Assembly (NCBI RefSeq): GCF_001194135.2 | Contig: NC_069001.1 | Location: forward strand, 16,358,831 to 16,422,830 | DNA length: 64,000 nt | DNA from: Octopus bimaculoides | Lineage: Eukaryota | Reading direction: 5' to 3' | In this document: piece after piece, positions 23,716 through 37,060 of the stretch | Numbering within the stretch: the stretch's first letter is position 1 | Layout: each line of letters begins with the position of its first letter | Program-made: the position numbers and the translations under genes | The notes under the pieces: model-generated | Told to the model about the DNA's origin: nothing | The model's database searches: none | What the model saw: the letters and a program-made list of their open reading frames with translations, nothing else

Positions 23716-26099
23716 GCAAGGTTTTTATGAGTGTGTGTGTGTGTGTATGTATGTATGTATAAACCTACAAAGCGGACATATGAACATGGCATTTTAATTG
23801 CACCTCTCTGTAACTTGGAAATATGATGAGCAGCCTAAATCAATTTTCAACCCATATTGAGGCCACATTAGAGATGTCTCCATCAACTGACCAATTCCAG
23901 AGAAATGAGCAGCTAATTTTTTTATTATATACACAACCAATCCAGTAGCTTTGAGAAATGGAGATAATACCTCATTCTAATTTGCATTATCAGATGCTTA
24001 AATGACTGCCAATTCAATTAATTAATTGTGATAACATTAAACAATTTGTACTGATAATTAAAATAATTTTATTAATTAATTTTTCATTCTTTCTTTTCTT
24101 TTTTTGCATGGATGATATTGCGATATTTTCAACAAATACAAATTAACGTCACCAGTTATCTTGTCTGCAATCAGAAAAAGTGAGATTGATTTCACCTGTC
24201 TTTTGTTTGTTTTGTTTAATAGCCATTTTCCATGCTAGAATGACTTAAACAGGAAGAAATTGAGACTGGATTTATATGGCCAAACACACTTCCTGTCAGC
24301 AATCCTTATCTGTTTCCCAAGTAAAGGGTTATTATTCTAGAAGAATTTGAAAGTGTAGAGCAATTGGGTGATTTGTTGATGGGAAATATTAACAAGCATC
24401 ATCAGATGAAACTGAATCACAGACCGTGATATAACTGTTTACAACTGAACTGCAAACAGTAATGACACCGTCCATATCCATAGTTCAAAGTAGTTTTATA
24501 AACATTTACACACATACACATATACACATGAAAGACTTCTTCCAGTTTCAATCAACCAAATTTCCTCAGAAGTTATTGGTTGACCCAGGGCTGTTGTAAA
24601 GACACATGGCCTCTAGACTTGTGAGGTCTCTGGCCCAGTCAAAGAACTGGGCTCTATGGTATTTATTTGATGACAAGATTAACAAAAAGTTGGATTTGGG
24701 GATATTGAAGAAAATGATAGAATATCCAAGAAGAATCGACTCTGCTGCAAAGTGTTTTTGTTTAGAAGCAGTTTTCTGCTACGTGATTTTGGGTTCAGTC
24801 AAAGTCTTGTGAGGGAATTTGGCAAACAGAATTTACAGGAAACTCCATGTTTTACCACGTGAAAATCCTCCAGAATTTCAAGAAACCTGAAGAACAAAAA
24901 ATTTAAGGGGAGAGAGAAGCGAAGCTATTTTGGGGAGCAAAATTGTAATTTTCATTATGAAAAATAAAATTCCATAGAAACTTTTGAAAGAATAAAAGTC
25001 ATGAGAGGCATATTTGACAAGGTTATTTCAATTTACTCCACTTGTTAAGTGTTTATGCTCAACAATCTGATAGAGACCATCCCTACTGTACTCAGAGAGG
25101 ACTGTTTACTTGTCCTGTGTGACATCCAGGCTTTAGTTTGCAAGTTCCATAGTTTTGAATATGCCACTATTATTCCCTAGTCTACTCTGATCTAAAGTAG
25201 TAGCACCTCTCAGGGTCCCAGCTATGGATTAATTGGCATGTCATAGAATTACCTTTACAAAGTTACTCGCAAACACTGCAAAGGATCCAGAGCAGATGAG
25301 GCTTTCAACTCTTTAGCTGGTCATTTAAGAGAAGATAACTCCATACGAATCTTACATCCTGAGAACTGCTGGGCTCAGGGCATTTGTTGCACCAGACCAA
25401 TACAAGTTTGAAAGATGAAAGAGTGGAACTGGCTCTGCATAAATCATGCCTACTATTAATATTCATCATGTAAAAGAAGGAACTGAAAATTTCCTGGCTT
25501 TAAGGGTATCGTGAAAGGCTTGGTTGGAGAACCAACCTTCTAAGTTCTTTTACAGAGCTTAGAAAAACTGAAGGACTTCTGCAATAAGTGTGTGGATCTG
25601 AGAGGGGAATATGTTGAATAAAATCATAATTAACAAATCATCCTATATTTTCTGTTACCTCCTCATAGGTTGTTCAGCAAACCAAGACATCAGGTAGCCA
25701 TGTCTTGCTAAACTCTCATTTATCAAGGCAACGTAAGAGTTCAGCAGCATACATACTTTATGTAATAGTGTGTGCACGCATGCACACACACACACACAAG
25801 CATAACCACAGTTTGGTCTTCCTTTGATCACCTACAAATCTGGCCACATTTTGCCTATCTTTTTTGTACTTCACCAGTTTTGATGTTGTTTTCAGAATTA
25901 CATTCCTCTCATTGAGATCTTAAGGTAAAATTGTTTCTTAAATTAACAGAAATACAATACCAGACGTTACTTCACTTCCAATAATGCTTCTTTTTACTTA
26001 ACTTTTTTTCATGCTTCATCAGATTTTGACACTGTATCCAAACGAGATCTTTCATTTAAACTAAATTAATACCAGAATATTAAAAAAGAAGTTTAAAGT

Positions 26100-26930
26100 G
26101 CTTAGAAATGGTATCCTGTTCTGCCTGATATTTTTAGCATCTAAGTAGTAATTCCTGATGGACCTGGGGCTTTTCTTGTTTTCATATTCTTGATTGGCTT
26201 ATCTATCATACTGCTGTCAACTAGGATAGACAGTCCCTCTGTGTTGGTTTCAGATCAGGAAGACTCCCTTTTTACCATGTATTCTTCACATTAAATAACC
26301 TTTCATAGAAACACTTCTATGCCTCTTTCTTATCAGAATCACTAAGATTATCCGTCTGTACATACTTCTCACCTGCATCTCGATTCTCTCTTATACACTG
26401 TCCAGCAATTGGGAACACCTCTCATCTCCGATCCTCATGCTGTAAAACATTGACAAAAACCTCTTCCTTTCTACATCTAATTTTGCCAGACAAACTTGTT
26501 GTCTAGTTTCCCTTTTAGTTACCTGATAAGCATCTTTGCTACCTCCACTGTTTCACTCTTTCCAAGTTCATCTCTTCTCTTTTATGGCCCTGTTAACCTC
26601 ACTGTTCCACCACATCATCCTTGGTCTGATAGAAGCTTTGTTCTAGCTACAGATTTGGTCTGTTGCTCTCACTAGGTTATCCTACAAGAACTTCCTGTTG
26701 TCCTCTATGTCATACATCTCTATCTCTCTCCTTAGTAAATGCTTCAATTAGAAAATATCTGAATTTCTGTACATTTGAAGGATCCTTAAGATTCCATAAC
26801 ATTCTTTTCCATATTGGTTTGTGTCTCTGGGACCTTCTAGCCCACTTGAAAGCATTTGTTGACCAACCCATGGCTACAATAGAAATCCAATGATTTCTCC
26901 ACAGATCTGAGTCAGTTCTAAAAAGCAACA
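26100..26930 (-). mobile_element. Degenerate RTE LINE ORF fragment (endonuclease-RT linker)
   Basis: Minus-strand reading gives WKRMLWNLKDPSN, WWNSEVNRAIKEKR and KTRKAPGPSGI, typical of RTE ORFs; many stops. Confidence 0.65.
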
Positions 26931-27803
26931 GAAGCAGGAGAAAAAGATAAAACAGAAAAATGTTTGATTCAATTATAATTCCGATATTTGGTTTTTTTAT
27001 TCTTAAAATTTACACTAGAAAAACATTAAACAAACTCATCAAAATCATCACCATCAACAAAATTTAATAGAGATCAACAATTCTGAAGTTAAAATATACT
27101 TCAAGACATTGTCTACCGAGATCTTTTTCTTGTTTTTATCTCCTTAATGAGGGGTGGGAAGGCGAGGGAGGAACTTTTCCTCTCATAAACCAGATCTAAT
27201 GTAAAAATATTTCTCAGAAATTTTGGCATCAATCAGTTAGGAGTGGTGGGAAATAATCAAAGAAGGCCAGTGGAACTAGTGCACAAAATCTCCAACACTG
27301 ACTCCTCAATTTATGGAACCAGTGACTCAAACTCCTCTATTTTTAATTAGACTAATTAATTAATATACATTTCTTATGTTGATTAAAAGTACCCAACATA
27401 TGTGGACAGTATGAACTATCCAGCCTACTTTTTAGCACCCAAGCTTGTCAGAGTTCAGATTTAAAGGTTCCCCATTACTCTATACTAAAGTGGCTTTTTC
27501 ATATTCATTAAAGAAATTACAAACAATTACGTGGAAGAGATAAATCTTACAAAATATAAGAAAAGAAAGAGGTTTCTATTTAAAAGAAGTTATTAAGTAA
27601 AAGGATATAAATGAAATAAACTATAAAAATATTATAAAAGAATATCAGGAACATATTTGTCTACTGTTTCAAAAATCTAAAATACATAAGAATTAAAACT
27701 ATAATATTAACACCCTAAAGTAACTTAACTAAGACTATTTTAACACAAAAAGATACCTTAATTGGATAAATCTAACATTTCAAGGTTAAAGGATGGTTTA
27801 ACT

Positions 27804-28132
27804 CAGTGGTTCTCAAGAGGGGTTCATATAAGATCTTTGGGGTCCATACAACAAAATAGTAAATAGGAGACCCACAATATTATTTTAAGGACACCAGAAA
27901 AATGTTGCTTTAGATGCATATATTGGTACGTTTTTTAAGAAACAGCTAAGTTTTTTCTCCATCATTTTAACATAGTTCAACCCACAAAAGTGAATGTGTA
28001 AAAAACAAATTAGGAATTTTGAAAGAAGTTTCTATAAAGCTAATTTTTAAACATCGAATGACTATGGAGGTCCAACAGAATAAAATAGTAATCACAAGGG
28101 GTCCATAGGTAAAAAATGGTTGAGAATCCCTG
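27804..28132. mobile_element. hAT-type MITE, same family as 61843-62147
   Basis: TIRs CAGTGGTTCTCAA / TTGAGAATCCCTG with homologous internal sequence; TSD not preserved. Confidence 0.75.
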
Positions 28133-29223
28133 GAATTTCAACCATGTTTCGTGGTCTGCTACCACAACAGCTCCTTTATAGGATCCAGTTAATTCAAAAC
28201 ATCATCAGGAGGAACCACGTCCGGTTTCGGCCCCTACTCCTCTACTGTTTTGACGTGGTGCCCCCCCCCCCTTTCGGTGGTGTCTTCAGCTCTGGTGTTG
28301 AGTGCATGAGTAATTCAAGTGAATGTAACATGAAAGATTACTTTAAATGAAATATAAATTATATTGTAAACTATTGAGAAGTTTATCTCTACAAAGAAAC
28401 ATGGTACATTTAGAAAAGGGATTCAATTGAAAGTGCATATCTAAACATCTTGTTCTTAGAAAAAGAATTCTTTCTTATCAGATCTTCCTTCACAGAAGAC
28501 TTTAAATATGATTCATTTTCAAATTTGTAGCTGTAACTGTAATCAAATTAAAAATTGTGAAATAGGAAAATTTTTAACACATTATTTTACATCTATTGTT
28601 GGTTTGAAGTCAATCACTGATTCTTGTGGTCGAACAATTACTTCCAACTCCAATTCCATGACTTTGACTTCACAGCCCTTTAAAAGCAAAATCACTCAAC
28701 TACAAATGTTGATTGGAAGATAGCAATGGATGGAATTCTAATTCTATATACAGGGAGAGAAGAATCACATACATACACAATGGTGGTAGTGATGGGTTTG
28801 TTATTCTTTCATATTCCAAAATAAATAGAGAAAGAATCATTAAAATTTAGTTCAATAAAGTTATTTCAGTTCTTTACAAATTACAATATTTTATATTATA
28901 ATTTTAAAAATTGTTCTTTCCTTTCTTTTACCATTAAGTGGTAATCTCATGACCTTGCATCAATGAGCAATTGTGCCACCATGTAGTCGATCAAACTGCA
29001 AGAAATAACAGCCAAAATACCTATAGATCACATCCTACTGTATTTAAGGAGTATACTGGATAATATATTCCAAGAATATGTCTGAAAAGATGAGATGGAA
29101 TGCCTTCATTCATGGCTCTGTTTAATCAGTGTTAACTTCAGATTAAACAACTTGGTACTGATCTTGTTTACATCTTCAGAGTTCTTCCTCTCACACACAC
29201 ATTCCATATCACACACTAACTTG

Positions 29224-30726
29224 CTAACTCCTCTTTGAATTCATAACATCTTCAATGTCTTCAACTCTCTTTGGACAATTACTGGACAGGATGACAGGTG
29301 AAGAATTTGTTATCAACACGTTGTCTTCTATTCGAATCCCAATGCCTCTAAATTCTGCTGGCACCATCATATTGGTTTCAGGTATGTAAATGCCAGGCTC
29401 TATAGTCACAATCATGCCAGGTTCGAGGTTGATACGTCGAGAAATGATCGGAGTATCGTGGACATCCATGCCAAGGTAATGACCAACATGATGGGGACAG
29501 AACTTCCGAGCAGCTGCCATTAGCTTACTTCCACTTAAACTTGATTCAATTAATCCCAACGCTTTCAGTTCACAACCGAGAATAGCGAGCATTTCAGTGT
29601 AGATATCATCCAAAGAGAAAGCCTTTCGACACATTTTCAAACACAATTCCTGACATCTGAGAACTGCATTATAGACTTCTTTTTGGACCTTCGAGAAAGT
29701 TCCTGAAATAGGCCAAGTCCTGGTTAGATCGCTGGTATAACCGTGAAGTTCACAGCCAGCATCCATTAACACTAATTCCCCGTCATTCACAATTTGGTTA
29801 TTATTTACATAATGTACAGTGTTGGCACGATTTCCTCCAGCTACGACTGGTGGGTACGCCAGGTACTGTGCACCTCGTATTCGACATTCGTAATCCATTT
29901 TAGCAACAAGCATACTTTCATTCATACCTGGCTGTGAAAACTCCATTACTTTTACTAAAGATTCGGAAGCGATTTCCACAGAATTCTTCATCAGTTCAAT
30001 CTCATCCTCTGATTTGATGAGTCTGAGGTCTTGAACTAATTTGTCGGTAATCTCAAAATTACAGTTTCTACTTTCTTGAATAAACCTGGTTAGGAATCTG
30101 TCGTGTATTTTCTTCTGAACGGGTTTGTTAAAGTTATACCAAACCGTATACCTAGAATGATTCTTCTTGTATTCATAAAGAAACGACTCCAGTTCGTCAA
30201 CAGTATAAGCAGCATCGATTCCGGTAAAAGATAACGTCCCTTCAACTCCTGAGCAAGGACCATCCCACAGTTCCCGCTGCGGGTTCTTGGGGGGAACAAA
30301 TAGAACGGACTTCGGGTCGGCATAAGGGTGTCCGTCATTCGGGTTGTTGAAGATTAATAATAAACTATCTGGTTCCAAGAAACCACATAAATACAAAAAT
30401 TCAGTGTTTTGCCTAAAAGTGTAAGGAATATCGTAACTCATGAATACCTTAGAAGCTGAAGGGAATATAAAAATCATGCCCTTCGGGTTACCAGATTTTC
30501 GCTGTTGGAGAGCATTTCGAAACAATGCAATGCGTCTGCGACGATATTCGTCTTCGGTAATTCCAGGAGTCACTTGACCTTCCTTTAGAAGATGTGGATG
30601 AGTCTTCGGAACTGGTTGTCCGAAATGTCTACAGCAAAGACCATTTTTAATCTTCCTTCTCCTTAAAGATACTAACGCAACCTTCAAAACATCGCACCAA
30701 GATGATTTGGTCAGAACCACCGCCAT
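29224..30726 (-). CDS. XPNPEP3: Xaa-Pro aminopeptidase 3 (mitochondrial aminopeptidase P / Icp55 type, M24B), single-exon ORF
   Basis: Uninterrupted 500-aa ORF. N-terminal AMP_N-type segment (GITEDEYRRRR, FRQNTEFLYLCGFLEPDS, RELWDGP). Pita-bread catalytic motifs MDAGCELHGYTSDLTRTW, HHVGHYLGMDVHD, TIEPGIY and GIRIEDNVLIT supply the D, D, H, E, E metal ligands. Basic, acid-poor N-terminus resembles a mitochondrial presequence. Start context ataATGG. Confidence 0.95.
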   Translation of the reverse strand: MAVVLTKSSWCDVLKVALVSLRRRKIKNGLCCRHFGQPVPKTHPHLLKEGQVTPGITEDEYRRRRIALFRNALQQRKSGNPKGMIFIFPSASKVFMSYDIPYTFRQNTEFLYLCGFLEPDSLLLIFNNPNDGHPYADPKSVLFVPPKNPQRELWDGPCSGVEGTLSFTGIDAAYTVDELESFLYEYKKNHSRYTVWYNFNKPVQKKIHDRFLTRFIQESRNCNFEITDKLVQDLRLIKSEDEIELMKNSVEIASESLVKVMEFSQPGMNESMLVAKMDYECRIRGAQYLAYPPVVAGGNRANTVHYVNNNQIVNDGELVLMDAGCELHGYTSDLTRTWPISGTFSKVQKEVYNAVLRCQELCLKMCRKAFSLDDIYTEMLAILGCELKALGLIESSLSGSKLMAAARKFCPHHVGHYLGMDVHDTPIISRRINLEPGMIVTIEPGIYIPETNMMVPAEFRGIGIRIEDNVLITNSSPVILSSNCPKRVEDIEDVMNSKRS

Positions 30727-30908
30727 TATAGTATGTCTCTAATTATCTCCCTTAGATCGGTTTCCGTTTCCATTCCAAATCCACATGAAACGAAGCTACT
30801 GTGGTCATATGTCTTAATAGAAACAACTCATATCACCCTTATGTCGTACATTAATATTTTTTTTATGGTCTATTCACACTAGATAATGTAGTTCATAATA
30901 CTTTATGT

Positions 30909-31200
30909 CTGTAAAACAATAGCAAGACCGGATGGTTGTATATTTTATCATAGATCTGCTCACCTCTAACTAAACTGCATTATTTCGAAAATTTGGCCTT
31001 CAAATAATCAACTTTAAATTTTATTTCTGTGTGTTTAAAATTTAATTTCTGTCGACATGCAGAAGTGAAATCTAGTTTTGAAAGTGAAAGTTTAATTCCA
31101 AAATCTTTTACTTGTGAAATATTTCTTCCTGTACAACCACGGTGGTCGGTAGTTTGTGTCCTTAATTCAAAATATTTCTATTAAAATTAGTCGTCCTTAC
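30909..31200 (-). other. Candidate 5'UTR intron of the XPNPEP3-like gene
   Basis: On the minus strand, donor-like GTAAGG starts at 31200 and acceptor-like TCTTGCTATTGTTTTACAG ends at 30909, 182 nt upstream of the ATG. Motif inference only. Confidence 0.3.
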
Positions 31201-31403
31201 ACAACAACATGCTGTAGCTTTTATCTCTGTACTTGTTCTTAATTTTATACGGCATTTGTAAATCGATTACAGCTCCTGTCCAGTGCAAACAATACGTCGT
31301 AAATCAATGTAGTTATTAATGTTAATTAGTATAGTTAAAACATAAATTTATAAATGTTTTTGTCCAACGTGTACATATTGAACGTCCTTGACCCTGGAAC
31401 AAA

Positions 31404-31410
31404 CCGGAAG
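31404..31410 (+). promoter_or_regulatory. ETS/GABP-like CCGGAAG motif in the putative XPNPEP3 promoter
   Basis: ACCGGAAGC lies in a CpG-retaining stretch about 0.7 kb upstream of the ATG. This motif is common in housekeeping promoters. Confidence 0.3.
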
Positions 31411-34400
31411 CGACTTTTATAAACAAAATACATTATTTTACATATGGGCTTACTAAGATTAATAAAACTGAGATAGTTATCTTTTTATAATACATTTTAT
31501 ATATGCATAAAACACCTTAGAATTTTTGTAGGCATTTGGAGATGCATGCATGTTTTCACGTTCAAATAATGCATTATGAGCCAACGAGAGTCTATGACTC
31601 AGATTAATTAAATTGATTTAATTACCGTTTTATAGTATATTTTACAAACAAAAAGTAATGCCATATTTGTACCCAGTGTATCCTTGTCTAAGGTGGTAGC
31701 GTGTAATTTAACGGGGACTTAGCTTCTACTTTCTAACTGCTCCAGCAGTCATGTACAAGGTCTGTCTTTGGTCCATTAAAAAATTATCAGAAACCTGTTG
31801 ATGTTGTTGCTGTTGTTCTTGTTGGACTGCAGCAAGAAGTGTGTGAATCTGAGACGAGAATATGTTGAATAATATGATTAACTGATCCTCCTGTATTTTC
31901 TTTTAGCCAAAATCAGGAACTTTTCAGCATCCCCTCATAGACTACTCCACTTTTCAGGATGGCATTTGATCCTATGTCCTTTTAACTGGGGGTACTTGAA
32001 AATTTTAATTTCCAAAGGTGGCAATCCTATTAAGACAATAATAATAATAATGAAATTCTTGTATACAGTGCTCAGGTGCACTACAACTCATCAGAGAAAG
32101 TAACCAAAATTGCATGAAGAGTTCATAGAATATGCACAGGAAGAGAACAGGGAATAAGTCTTCAAAAAAGAAAAAAAAAAAAAAGAAAAGAAACAGTACT
32201 TAATATGAAAAGAGGGAAGAAAGCAGCCTGCAGAGGATTGCAGTTACCATCAGGTGAGACCATGGGTGAACCCAATGGGCACATAAAAAGCACCATCTGA
32301 ACGTGGCTGATGCCAGTGCCCTCTGACTAGCTCCCATGTCAGTGGCATGTAAAAGGCACTATCCAAACGTGATTGATGCCAGGTCTATTTGAAAACTCAG
32401 GACAACTGCATGGAAATCAGATGTATTATTGGCAAATTTCAGGAAGCTTAAAAGTTTTGAAAGATTTAGTGCCTCGACAGCTAACGATTAAATTAAATTA
32501 AATTAATGGAGAAGAATGTTCTGAAAGCATAATTAGCTGGCACTCCATCAGTTATGACAATAAGGGTTCCAGTTGATCCAATCAACAGACAAGCCTGCTC
32601 GTGAAATTAATGTGCATGTGACTGAGCACTCCACAGACATGTGTACCCTTAATGTATTCCTCAGATAGATTTAGCATGACAAAGGCTGGTCCTTTGAAAT
32701 ACAGGTACTACTCATTTTTGCCAGCTGAGTGGACTGGAGCAATGTGAAATAGTGTCTTGCTCAAGGACACAACGCAAAGCTGGGAATTAAACTCAGGACC
32801 TCACAATTGTGAGCGAAATACCCTAACCACTAAGCTACGTGCCTTCACTCTGAAAGCATGGCGGCCAGGAAAAAGTTCAGTGAGTTAAGAGGAAAAACAT
32901 GATACAGAGTATCTTGCTTAAGGATACAATGTGATGCCTGGTCCAAGATACAAACCTCTGACCTTAACATGAACCCGACACCATAATTACCTTGACTGAG
33001 GGGACAGGACCATAGATACATTTAAAAGGTCTTTAAAATATTTATTAGAAAATGTATTTTGTTTTTGTTATTTCAAGAAATTTCTATATAAGTGGGTAAC
33101 GAGAGTCAATAGATAGACTCAGTGAAGCATCAAACAAAGCATTCTGTGATATTTGTTTTGGTTGTCTGGGCTCCCAAAAAGATCAACTTTGCCTTTCGTC
33201 CCTTTATTTATTGACTCCCAGTTTGGTGTGATAAAGGGACAGTCCAAGATGAGGGGGTTTGATGGTGAAATTGTTAGAAAGAAAATGTTCAACCCCTGAG
33301 TTCAAAGACAAATCTGAATATACTTATTTAGAAAGTGCTTTAACAAATCCCTGACTATTTCTTTAGCTTATCCCCCCCNNNNNNNNNNGTCTGAAGAGGT
33401 GTAAAACAATGAATACAACAGAAATAGAATATGTCTGTCTTCTAATTTCATTAAGTTCCCTCGCACTTAACTGGTACTTTAATCTTTTCTTTTTTTTTTT
33501 TTTTGTGATTCATGTGCTAGAGATGAATTAATTAATCATCAGATATTGGAGATGCTGGTGCAGTTGGTCATTTACCTGTTTGATTGATTATAGTCACCAT
33601 TCTTCCCTGTTTTTGGTTTTGTGCCATTATAGAAAAACACCAAACAAATAAATAATCGATTTATTTCTTTAATTATTAATTAAGAGCACAAAATAAATCC
33701 ATTCTGTCATTACTATTTTTATAATTATGGTTTCAACTAATTGGGGCCACAGAACTTTCCTTGGTAAAGAGAGTTACAGTCAAATGAATTAATGCAGTAA
33801 ATTACTGGTATTTATCAACACATCAGTTGAACCAGTCAGGCATGGAACACAATTTAGTTGTTACCCCTTATGTTGAAAGTTCAAACTTCACCAAAGTAAA
33901 CTTTGCCTCTTCCTGGAAAGGACTCCCTAAAATGGGGTTGATTAAATATTCCTATAAAACACTCTAGATATGAAGGGAATTATAACAGAGTTCAAAGACA
34001 GAAGGCCCAAGATGGGTTGAAATACAAAATTTGATTGAAAAACATTTTACTCAACAAACTTGATTATATTTTTTACCTTTTTTTTTGTTTGTTTTACATA
34101 GAAATATTCCAGGATACTTAATTAGATAGATGAAAAATAAAGGAAAAGCAAGAAAAATAAATTAATATTGGAATAAAATTAATGACCACAATAATGTGTG
34201 AGTGCCTCTGTGTGTGTGTGTGCCTCTGTGTGAGTGAGTGAGTGTGTGCGTGCATGCGTGCATGTGTGTGTGTGTGTTGTATTTCTGAGTTATCAGCAGC
34301 CATTGGTTTGAATTCATTAACAGCATACATCTGGTGAAAACAATATGCTGAATCAGTTTTCCAAGTGACTGATAATGCAGGATATTACTGTATATACTGT

Positions 34401-35500
34401 TTTGCATAGTGGCAAAGTTGGTAATTCCAAATTCCAGTTGTGTAAGGAAAGGATGCTTCTTGTGATGATATCAGGGAAGTCACTTCTTTGGTTTTAGAGT
34501 CTTCAGATAAAACAGAACAAGAATGTGGAGTATAAAACAAAGCAACAATAATGTTAATAATAATATTGATAATAATAATAATAGATACAGTAGCTTTCAT
34601 GGCTTCTGATCTTAATTGACTGGAAGTGTTATCATGTATAATAATAATAATAATAGTGATGATTTCTTTTGTTGGCTACAAGATCGCAGGACGTGGAAGA
34701 CAATATCAAAGGAAGGGATACAATGCACAAAAATAAGAGGGATTTACATCAATCAAGAGAAAGACACTACAACATTAAAGGATTTTAACAAAAAGATTTG
34801 TAAATAGAAATTAGAAAAATAAATAATTTATAAATAGAGACCCCAATAGCAAAGTAGTCCACTTAAAGTGATTTGGGATTAAAACCCACACAAAAAAAGT
34901 CTCATATTACTCTGCCATTCCCAAGGCATGGGAAATGTTACCTTACAGTTTCTTTCCTCCAATTTGGAAAAGCATAATCAGAGTAGATACATTCAGCCAC
35001 ACCAGTCTTGTCACTCTCACCCACCGAACACATCAGAAGACAGCACCTCTTTCTCTACCCTCACTTCCTTCTTTAAATGATATTTGAAGAAATTGGTGAG
35101 AGCTTGGCTTCTCTTCAGTGTCTGTCTTCAAATCTTTCAGGCAAGTCCACCACGCAGCCACTAAGCAGAGACAGATTTGCCTCCCTTCTCTACTAAAAGC
35201 CATTTTCTTCACTATACACTCAGCAGAAAATTGGATTCATCTCACACAAGATAGCAGCTGCTCAGGCCATTCCACTGATAGTGTTGTGGGAGGAGACTAG
35301 CCAATTACATTAACCTCAGTGCACAACTGGTACTTATTTTATCTACCCCAGAAAGGAAAAATTTGACTTTGGTAAAATTTGAACTCAGATATGAGAGCCA
35401 GAAGAAATGCCACTAAGCATTTTGTCCAGCATGCTAATGATTCTACCATCTCACTGCAGTTATTATAATAATAATAATAATATTAATATTAATAATAATG

Positions 35501-35544
<44 letters not shown>

Positions 35545-35755
35545 CTTTTCTACTATAGGCACAAGGCCAGAAATTTGGGGGAAAGGGATAGTCGTATATA
35601 TCGACCCCAGTGACCAACTGCTACTTATTTCATCAACCCTGAAAGGATGATAGGCAAAGTCAACCTCGGCAGAATTTGAACTTAGAACATAAGGATGGAA
35701 GAAATGCTGCTAAGCATTTCTCTTTGTGTGCTAACGATTCTGCCGGCTTGTCGCC

Positions 35756-35795
<40 letters not shown>

Positions 35796-35803
35796 TAATA
35801 ATA

Positions 35804-36225
35804 GTGCCTGCAGATGTTTTGTATTGCTGACAACATCACAAATAGCATGAAAGAGTGGAAAACCGCATTGTACTCAAGTAATGTATTCCTTGGAGAAGTT
35901 GGAATCTTCCAAGGAGACTCGTTTTCTCCCTTACTTTTTGTAATTGCACTTATATTCATAGCAATGACACTTATGGAAGTTAAGATGGGCTACCGATGTG
36001 GGAAGAAAGGCCCATCATTGAACCATCTTCTGTTCATGCATAACCTGAAATTGTTTGGGAAATCTGAAGAACAGATAGATTCCTTAACCAAAACAGTCCA
36101 GAAGTGTGGTAGGGACATTGGTATGGAATTTGGGATTACCAAATACTCAGTACTTAATATGAAAAGAGGGAAGAAAGCAGGCTGCAGAGGATTGTGGTTA
36201 CCATCAGGAGAGACCATGGGTGAAC
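35804..36225 (+). mobile_element. R4/Dong-like reverse transcriptase fragment
   Basis: GIFQGDSFSPLLFVIAL...LNHLLFMHNLKLFGKSEEQIDSL..DIGMEFGITK (RT motifs with the FMDD motif decayed). Directly preceded by (TAA)n at 35757-35803. Confidence 0.8.
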
Positions 36226-36539
36226 CCGATAGGCACATAAAAAGCACCATCTGAATGTGGCTGATGCCAGTGCCCTCTGACTAGCTCCCACGCTGGTGGC
36301 ACATAAAAGGCACTATCCGAATGTGATTGATGCCAGGCCCACCTGACTGGCTCCTGTGTCGGTGGCATGTAAAAAGCACCTACTACACTTTCGGAGTGGT
36401 TGGCATTAGGAAGGGCATCCAGCTGTAGAAACTCTACCAGATCACACTGGAACCTAGTGCAGCCACTGGCTTTCCAGACCTCAGTCAAGCTGTCCAACTC
36501 ATGCCAGCATGGAAAACAGACGTTAAATGATGATGATGA

Positions 36540-37060
36540 TGGTGGAGGATGCTTTGAAAGTATTGTTTCTAGAATAAGAATAGTGTTGAGGAAGTTCAGA
36601 GAGTTATTACCTCTGTTGGCAAACCTCAGAGTGAAAGGTAGACTGCATGATGCTTGTGTGCAAACAGCTATACTCCATGGTAGTGAGACACGGGCTCTGA
36701 ATGCAGCAGACATGCATAGACTGGAGAAAAATGAAGGTAGTATGCTCCGTTGGATGTGCAACATCAGTGCACATGCACATCAAAGTGCAAATGTATTGAG
36801 AGAAAAGTTGGGCATAAGAAAAATCAAATGTAGGATGCAAGAGAGAAGACTATGTTAGTTTGGACATGTGATGCGTATGAATGAGGACAGCTGCATAAAG
36901 AAGTACCAGTCACTGAAAGTGGATGGTACCCTCAGAAGATGGAAACCTAAGAAGATGTGGGATGAAGTGGTAAGGACCAATCTCAGGATATTGGGCCTCA
37001 CAGAGGAAATGATAATGGACTGGAGACCCACCCACAACAGCAAAACTGAGTTCTAGAAGT
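36540..37060 (+). mobile_element. RTE LINE ORF 3' fragment
   Basis: RKFRELLPLLANLRVKGRLHDACVQTAILHGSET..EGSMLRWMCN..LREKLGIRKIKCRMQERRL; same family as 17604-18480. Confidence 0.85.

Noticed and set aside
28508-28723. Short ORFs downstream of XPNPEP3
   Set aside because: No homology recognised; probably 3'UTR or intergenic sequence.
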